Part shown: in pieces, positions 59,801-64,000 of the stretch | Layout: every line of letters starts with the position of its first letter | Numbering within the stretch: the stretch's first letter is position 1 | DNA from: Isurus oxyrinchus | Taxonomy: Eukaryota | Assembly: GCA_026770705.1 (NCBI GenBank) | Contig: JANJGN010000007.1 | Coordinates: 179,428,001 to 179,492,000 of the forward strand | Length of the DNA stretch: 64,000 nt | Direction: 5' to 3' | The notes under the pieces: generated by a model | Seen by the model: only the letters and a program-made list of their open reading frames with translations | Told to the model about the DNA's origin: nothing | The model's database searches: none | Translations under genes and position numbers: made by a program

Positions 59801-61206
59801 GTGGTGGGGTGCTGCTGTTTGGTGATGGGGGAGGTGGTGGGGTTCCGCTGTTTGGCGATGGGGGAGGTGGTGGGGTGCCGCTGTTTGGCGGTGGGGGAGG
59901 TGGTGGGGTTCCGCTGTTTGGCGGTGGGGGAGGTGGTGGGGTTCTGCTCTTTGTCGGTGGGGGAGATGGTGGGGTTCCGCTGTTTGGCGGTGGGGGAGGT
60001 GCTGGGGTTGCGCTGTTTGGCGATGGGGGAGGTGGTGGGGTTCTGCTCTTTGTCGGTGGGGGAGGTGGTGGGGTTCCGCTGTTTGGCGGTGGGGGAGGTG
60101 CTGGGGTTGCGCTGTTTGGCGGTGGGGGAGGTGGTGGGGTTCCGCTGTTTCACGGTGGGGGAGGTGGTGGGGTTCTGCTGTTTGGCGGTGGGGGAGGTGG
60201 TCGGGTGCTGTTGTTTCAAGGAGAGGTCAGGTGGAGCACCAGCATTTCATGGTGAGGAGAGGTAGTATGGCACAACTGTTATACGGTGGGGGGGAGGGAA
60301 GTGCGGTGCTGCTGTTTCAAGGAGGCAGGGCAGGCGGTGCTGTGGGAGGTCGGGCTCCCCCACTTCCTGGGAAGGCGGCAGGGATGCTGCGGGAGATGGG
60401 GCTCCCGCACTTCACTAGGTGAGAGGCAGGTGGTGCTGCTGAAGGTGGGGTGCCCCCACTATCCGGTGTGGGAGGTGGGACGCCCATGTTTCACAGGAGG
60501 TTGGGTGCTGCCTTTTCAGGGGTGGTGCTGCAAGAGGAGAAACGCCTCCAATCTCACCGGGTCCATGGAACGTGGGATGCTCATAAATATGTTTGGTATT
60601 AAGTCAGTGACGAATGATGTTAAAAAACGATGTTTATTTTGTTGCCTCAGTAAAATGTGCAACTTTGCTCTTGGCTGAGAGTTAACCTGCAGGCTTTCCA
60701 AGGAATTTTCATTTGGAGGAAGAGGAGAATTTTGCTTCAGTGAAAAGCTGTGTATTTAAACTGCAGTATGTGGGATTGTCGTTTATTTTATGAGGTGAAG
60801 ACGGTGCTGGTTTTTCTGATAATGTGCATCATATTTGGAACTTCTGTACTTGTGAAATGTTGGAGAAACACTGAATTCTTCAATACAGTGTCCCCTTGTG
60901 TCCAATGACCAGGACTCACATGAAGGGCCAAGGTATATGTGCAGGAGGCTGCACAAAAACTCTTCAAGGTCTGTTATCAGTGTGCACAGTAGGCTGAGTG
61001 GAATATAGACACAAGTAGACTGTGAAGCCTTCAGTCATTAAGGGTAAAGAATATTATGAATAATTATATTATTATTAATTATAAAATCTCATGTCATCTG
61101 TTCTTTTAACAGATCGTACAGTCTCCAGTACAGACAGTGAAAAGGCAACCTGGTCTAGGAGCTCAAGTGAGATTGCCAGTGGTTATTACCCCATCTATCA
61201 GACCAG
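14698..61206 (+). CDS. TAF4: TAF4-family gene (TFIID subunit 4/4B-like), partial: join(14698..14864,40817..40948,45876..46076,[46214..46261],48262..48384,55584..55673,56823..57083,61113..61206); both ends of the gene lie outside the window
   Basis: The spliced exons keep one open frame and encode the TAFH/NHR1 domain ([18 protein letters not shown]...[36 protein letters not shown]). Exon order and sizes resemble vertebrate TAF4 exons 2-8 as I recall them. Which paralog this is remains uncertain. Confidence 0.9.
15861..16304 (+). mobile_element. Deu-domain (SacSINE1-like) SINE, full length, with L2-type tail
   Basis: tRNA-like head; Deu core (GTAAAAGATCCCAT..CACTATTT..GAGTAGGGGAGTTCTCC..CCTGGCCAA); tail GCACTATATAAATGCAAGTCTTTT. 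Confidence 0.75.
17922..18180 (+). mobile_element. Old SINE-like repeat (related copies near 31255-31500, 47090-47325 and 56230-56470)
   Basis: GCTCAGTG head and a shared downstream block (GAGCT..GCTGG, CCCTG.TGGAAAGT) recur, highly diverged, at several places in the window. Confidence 0.4.
18240..18435 (-). mobile_element. L2-like LINE 3' fragment
   Basis: Reverse complement of an L2-type 3' end (CTCTCTCCTCCTTT..TCCTTAAAAC..CTCTTTGAC.AAGCTTTT). A similar + strand copy lies at ~32600-32850. Confidence 0.5.
18520..20190 (-). mobile_element. Old decayed CR1 fragments
   Basis: [16 protein letters not shown] and [12 protein letters not shown] remnants on the minus strand. Confidence 0.7.
22730..23635 (-). 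mobile_element. Penelope-like element, 3' part (GIY-YIG endonuclease and pLTR)
   Basis: CNTCP...[23 protein letters not shown]...RFTEHL...VACHFN...GLNIEF. TSD ATGTAC at 22724-22729 and 23636-23641; removing the insert restores the host frame (VLDNSTSESL). Confidence 0.9.
22791..22832 (-). ncRNA. Minimal hammerhead-ribozyme-like motif of the Penelope pLTR (core variant)
   Basis: Minus strand reads CTGTCGA-A-GGGTC-ATGAG-GACTC-GAAAC-GTC. This is a CUGANGA box with one substitution, stem II, a GAAA box and a GUC triplet. Minimal hammerheads are a known feature of PLEs. Confidence 0.55.
25657..26353 (+). mobile_element. 3' fragment of the tRNA-headed LINE family
   Basis: [13 protein letters not shown]...[13 protein letters not shown]; tail CACATCCCATGAATGAATAAAAAA. 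Confidence 0.88.
27251..27640 (+). mobile_element. tRNA-headed SINE sharing both its 5' head and its 3' tail with the 8281-11740 LINE
   Basis: A box TGGCATAGTGG, CTAGTAA loop and B box GGTTCAAATCC. The body matches LINE positions 8281-8560 and then joins directly to the LINE tail (TCAAGGGCAATTAGGG...CACATCCCATGAAAGAATAAAA). Confidence 0.88.
28010..28135 (-). mobile_element. Short Penelope pLTR-derived fragment (similar pieces at ~34280-34410, 45721-45820, 57160-57250, and 61310-61385 plus 61785-61830)
   Basis: Shares GCTGGAAAAACTCAGCA..TCTGGCAGCATC.GTGGAGA...GAGTT with the end of the PLE at 22730-22830. Confidence 0.7.
29470..30010 (-). mobile_element. 3' fragment of the tRNA-headed LINE family
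   Basis: [29 protein letters not shown]. Confidence 0.85.
31520..32232 (+). mobile_element. RTE LINE 3' fragment
   Basis: [46 protein letters not shown]. Confidence 0.8.
33290..34230 (+). mobile_element. Two adjacent 3' fragments of the tRNA-headed LINE family
   Basis: [26 protein letters not shown]; tail CACACCCTGTGAATAAAAA. Confidence 0.82.
34802..35350 (+). mobile_element. Deu-type SINE interrupted by an antisense tRNA-headed SINE (~34857-35250)
   Basis: Head GGCTGAGTGGTAGCACTCTC at 34811; body resumes TCCAGAGATTTGAGC...GGTACCGTCTTTTGGGTGAAATGTTAAAC at 35251. The insert is the reverse complement of the LINE head plus tail. Confidence 0.7.
37590..38950 (+). mobile_element. tRNA-headed LINE family, RT and 3' half
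   Basis: [37 protein letters not shown]; A-rich tail. Confidence 0.88.
38960..39430 (+). mobile_element. CR1 3' fragment
   Basis: [11 protein letters not shown] and a CR1-type 3' UTR. Confidence 0.7.
40817..40948 (+). CDS. TAF4: TAF4-family exon (equivalent to exon 3), 132 nt: [44 protein letters not shown]
   Basis: tttcAG acceptor, CTG|GTAAGT donor, phase 0-0. The P/A/T/Q-rich peptide is typical of the TAF4 N-terminal region. Confidence 0.82.
41485..43327 (+). mobile_element. tRNA-headed LINE family 3' fragment, tail split by a solo LTR
   Basis: [10 protein letters not shown] and [14 protein letters not shown] motifs; tail CACATCCCGT|CCCATGAAAGAGCAAAAA. Confidence 0.82.
42478..43305. mobile_element. 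Solo LTR (828 bp) of an LTR retrotransposon
   Basis: TG...CA ends with short inverted termini TGTTAAGA / TCATAACA; 5-bp TSD CCCGT (42473-42477) and CCCAT (43306-43310); AT-rich and non-coding. Confidence 0.75.
43835..44172 (-). mobile_element. 3' end of the tRNA-headed LINE family
   Basis: Reverse complement of the family tail (GGGATGTTGGC..GCCCATCCCTAGTTGCCCTTGAGAAGG). Confidence 0.85.
44500..44880 (+). mobile_element. Degenerate tRNA-headed SINE
   Basis: CTATTAATCCAGAG..TTCAAACCC head; CCCACAGCAATGTGGTTGACTCTTAA body; tail-like end. Confidence 0.6.
44885..45585. mobile_element. Two CR1 3' fragments in opposite orientations (- 44885-45130; + 45140-45585)
   Basis: [17 protein letters not shown]; CR1 3' UTR present on both strands. 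Confidence 0.75.
45876..46076 (+). CDS. TAF4: TAF4-family exon (equivalent to exon 4), 201 nt: [18 protein letters not shown]...[10 protein letters not shown]
   Basis: ttgttgcAG acceptor, weak CAG|GTCTTT donor, phase 0-0, T/Q/P-rich open frame. Confidence 0.8.
46214..46261 (+). CDS. TAF4: Probable 48-nt cassette exon: [16 protein letters not shown]
   Basis: Strong pyrimidine tract (ttgtgttcttgtctcctcctctaccctAG) and CAG|GTAACC donor. In frame, phase 0-0, with composition like the neighbouring exons. Confidence 0.62.
48262..48384 (+). CDS. TAF4: TAF4-family exon, N-terminal half of TAFH, 123 nt: [41 protein letters not shown]; ends at a GC donor
   Basis: Clear TAFH motif; tctAG acceptor; donor TTG|GCAAGT. 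Confidence 0.95.
52300..53488. mobile_element. Back-to-back fragments of the tRNA-headed LINE (- 52300-53077; + 53074-53488)
   Basis: Both fragments carry the family 3' end with A-tails pointing outward; they join through CCAC. Confidence 0.85.
54382..54501. repeat. Perfect 58-bp tandem duplication inside CR1 ORF1
   Basis: CTGCCTCTTGGTACAAAGCATCCAGGTAATTTTCCCCCTTCCTAATGTGTCACAATGT occurs twice, with CTGC microhomology. Confidence 0.93.
55044..55117 (+). pseudogene. tRNA-like sequence (Thr-TGT-like), probably repeat-derived
   Basis: A box TAGCCAAGTGG; anticodon arm GGG-TTTGTAA-CCC; B box GAGTTCAAATCTC; poor acceptor stem. Confidence 0.45.
55584..55673 (+). CDS. TAF4: TAF4-family exon, TAFH, 90 nt: [30 protein letters not shown]
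   Basis: TAFH motif [12 protein letters not shown]; ttctcttttgaAG acceptor; AAG|GTGTGG donor. Confidence 0.96.
56823..57083 (+). CDS. TAF4: TAF4-family exon, end of TAFH plus Q-rich linker, 261 nt: [15 protein letters not shown]...QEGRSTHL
   Basis: KSLPALRQ continues the TAFH domain; ttttcctgcAG acceptor; CTG|GTATGT donor. Confidence 0.92.
58601..60220 (+). repeat. G-rich minisatellite, 33-bp unit GGTGGGGGAGGTGGTGGGGTTCCGCTGTTTGGC, roughly 49 copies, with degenerate flanks reaching ~58480 and ~60530
   Basis: Directly visible tandem array with variant units. Confidence 0.96.
61113..61206 (+). CDS. TAF4: TAF4-family exon, 94 nt: [31 protein letters not shown](G)
   Basis: ttcttttaacAG acceptor and CAG|GTATGA donor; open in phase 0 and ends in phase 1. 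Confidence 0.78.
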
Positions 61207-61387
61207 GTATGATCAGCAATAACCTGCACTTGGTGACCGGTAACATCACTTCAACACTGTCTCGTCAAATTCAGCCCTGTTTGATGACTAATCCCCAACT
61301 CTAACCAGAGCAAAATGCTACGCATGCTGGAAACCTGTAATAAAAATGGAGAATGCTGAGAATAGTCAGCAGAATTGGGAGCATCTA

Positions 61388-61780
61388 ATTTTATTCTTCC
61401 ATGGGATGTGGGTGTCATTGGCAAGACCAGAATTTGTTGCCCATCCCTAATTGCCCTTGAACTGAGTGATTTGCGCCGACATTTCAGAGAACATTTAACA
61501 GTCAACCACATTGCTGGGGGCCTGGAGTCACACGTAGGCCAGACAAGGCAAAGACACATTTACTTCCCGAAAAGGCATTGGTGAACCAGATGAGTTTTTA
61601 AGACAATTGAAGGTTTCGTGGTCACCATCACTGAGATTAGCTTTCAATTCCTGGTTTTATTATTTAATCTAAATTCCGATTGCTGCCTCGGTAATATTTG
61701 AACACATGCCTGTCCCCAGAAGATTAACCTGTGCATTTGGATTACCAGTCCAGTGATGTTACCATTATTGCACCGCCTCT
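61388..61780 (-). mobile_element. tRNA-headed SINE of the same type as 27251-27640, inserted in a PLE-derived fragment
   Basis: The reverse complement shows the head CTGGACTGGTAATCC, the body GACTCCAGG..CAGCAATGTGGTTGAC, the junction CACTCAGTTCAAGGGCAATTAGGG and the family tail. Confidence 0.8.
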
Positions 61781-62154
61781 CACCCTCTCTGGAGAAAGAA
61801 ACAGAGTTAATGGTTCAGGTCAATGACCTATCAAACCTCCTGCATTCTCTGACTTTCTCTTACTTCCTTCTTTTTAGCTGTTTTTTCCATTTCCTTTCAT
61901 CCTTTTTCTTTTTTTTTTCTTGTCTTGGAATCATAATATTTGAAATTTTTGGCGAGTTTAGGATGAAATGGGGTCGAAGAAGACTGGGTGGAGCAAGCAC
62001 ACGGTGATATAAGTTAAGAGCTGGACCATGTTCCTTTAAACTTGCTCCACCATTCAGTAAGATCATGGCTGATCTTCTCCACCAAATCTTTCCCACCTGA
62101 TCCCACATCCCTTGATTCCCTGAGTGTCCAAAAATCCATTGAACTCTGTCTTGA

Positions 62155-63965
62155 ATTTTTAAAAAAAATTAATTCATGGGATGTGGGCTTTGCTGGCTGG
62201 GCCAGCATTTATTGCCCATCTCTAGTTGCCCTTGAGAAGGTGGTGGTGAGCTGCCTCCTTGAACCGCTGCAGTCCTTGCGGTGTAGGTACACCCACTGTA
62301 CTGTTAGGAAGGGAGTTCCAGGATTTTGACCCAGTGAATGTGAAGGAACGACGATATATTTCCAAGTCAGGATGGTGAGTGACTTGGAGAGGGAAGCTTC
62401 CAGGTGGTGGTGTTCCCATCTATCTGCTGCCCTTGTCCTGCTAGATGGTAGTGGTCGTGGGTTTGGAAGGTGCTGATAAGGATCCTTGGTGAATTCCTGC
62501 AGTGCATCTTGTAGATGGTACACTCTGCTGCTACTGTGCATCGGTGGTGGAGGGTATGAATGTTTGTGGATGTGATGCCAATCAAGTGGACTGCTTTGTC
62601 GTGGATGGTATCCAGCTTCTTCAGTGTTGTGGGAACTGTACTCCTCCAGGCAAGTGGGGAGCATTCCATCATACTCCTGACTTGTGCCTTGTAGATGATG
62701 GTCAGGCTTTGGGGAGTCAGGAGGTGAGTTACTCGTCGCACAATTCCTAGCCTCTGACCTGCTCTTGTAGCCACAGTATTTATATGGCTAGCCCAGTTCA
62801 GTTTCTGGTCAATGGTAATCCCCAAGATGTTGATAGTGGGGGATTCAGTTATGGTAATGCCATTGAACATTAAGGGGCGATGATTAGATTCTCTCTGGTT
62901 CTAGTTGGTCATTGCCTGGCACTTGTGTGGCACGAATGTTACTTGCCACTTGTCAGCCCAAGCCTGGATATTTTGCAGGTCTTGCTGCATTTGGACGTGG
63001 ATCGCTTCAGTATCTGAGGAGTCGCGAATGGTGCTGAACATTGTGCAATCATCAGCAAACATCCCCACTCCTGACTTTATGATGGAAGGAAGGTCATTGA
63101 GGAAACAGCTGAAGATGGTTGGGCCTAGGACACTACCCTGAGGAACTCCTGCAGTGATGTCCTGAAGTTGAGATGACTGACCTCCAACGACCACAACCAT
63201 CTTCCTTTGTGCTATGTGTGACTCCCACCAGCTGAGAGTTTTGCCCCTGATTCCCATTGACTCCAGTTTTGCTAGGGCTCCTTGATGCCACACTCGGTCA
63301 AAAGCAGCCTTGATTGTCAAGGGCAGTCACTGTCACCTCACCTCCGGAGTTCAGCTCTTTTGCCCATGCTTGAGCCAAGGCTGTAATGAGGCCAGGAGCT
63401 GAGTGGCCCTAGCGGAATCCAAATTGGGTATCAGTGAGCAGGTTATTGATAAGCAAGTGTCGCTTGATAGCACTGTTGATGACCCCTTCCGTTACTTTAC
63501 TGATGATCGACAGTAGACTGATGGGTAATTGGCGGGTTGGATTTGTGCTCCTTTTTGTGTACAGGACATACCTGGGCAGTTTTCCACATTGCCGAGTAGA
63601 TGCCAGTGTTGCCATGCCCCTAGCCAAGCTGTTCCAGCTACAAGTTCTGAAGCATAGGCCTTCGGTACTATTGCTGGAATATTGTCAGGGCCCATAGCCT
63701 TTACAGTATCCAGTGCTTTCAGCCCTTTTTTAATATCACTTTGAGTGAATCGAATTGGCTGAAGACTGGCATCTGTGATGCTGGGGACCTCTGAAGGAGG
63801 CCGAGATGGATCATCCACTCAGCACTTCTGGCTGAAGATTGTTTCAAATGCTTCAGCCTTATCTTTTGCACTGATGTGCTGGGCTCCTCCGTCATTGACG
63901 ATGGGGATATTTGTGGAGCTTCCTCCTCCAGTGAGTTGTTTAATTGCCCACCACCATTCACGATA
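62155..63965 (-). mobile_element. tRNA-headed LINE family, RT and 3' half (well preserved)
   Basis: [67 protein letters not shown]; A-rich tail at ~62155. Confidence 0.9.
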
Positions 63966-64000
63966 TGCACAGCAGCCCCCCCGGGGTGGGGAGTTGTACC

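Noticed and set aside
58601-60220. CRISPR-like array
   Set aside because: The units are contiguous tandem repeats with no unique spacers, there are no cas genes, and the context is eukaryotic.
58351-60265. ORFs of 634, 580, 528 and 307 aa (glycine-rich, mucin-like and others)
   Set aside because: They are by-products of a 33-bp, largely stop-free minisatellite. Several frames on both strands are open at once, and the array lies inside an intron.
544-63970. Many 60-180 aa ORFs with RT or endonuclease similarity as functional genes
   Set aside because: All are frameshifted or stop-interrupted pieces of LINE and PLE copies; no intact retroelement ORF exists in the window.

Overview
This is vertebrate genomic DNA, most likely from a cartilaginous fish (shark), inferred from the repeat families. 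The window covers the interior of one + strand multi-exon gene of the TAF4 family (TFIID subunit 4 / 4B-like). Seven internal exons plus a probable 48-nt cassette exon encode the Q/P/T-rich region and the whole TAFH (NHR1) domain; the first exon and the histone-fold exons lie outside the window. The introns are mostly decayed mobile elements: CR1 LINEs, a second CR1-group (Crack/L2-like) single-ORF LINE family, RTE, Vingi, Tx1/L1, Penelope-like elements with hammerhead-type motifs, Deu-type SINEs, a solo LTR and a 33-bp G-rich minisatellite. The top candidate for something new is a ~3.1-3.4 kb EN+RT LINE with no ORF1 that begins with a tRNA(Thr)-like Pol III head and is nearly free of sense-strand TTTT terminators; short SINEs in the window share both of its ends. 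Other points of interest are a GC-AG intron inside the TAFH domain, a twin-priming-like 5' inversion in a Tx1 element, and local inverted templated insertions. All family assignments are from reading motifs by eye; no database search was run.
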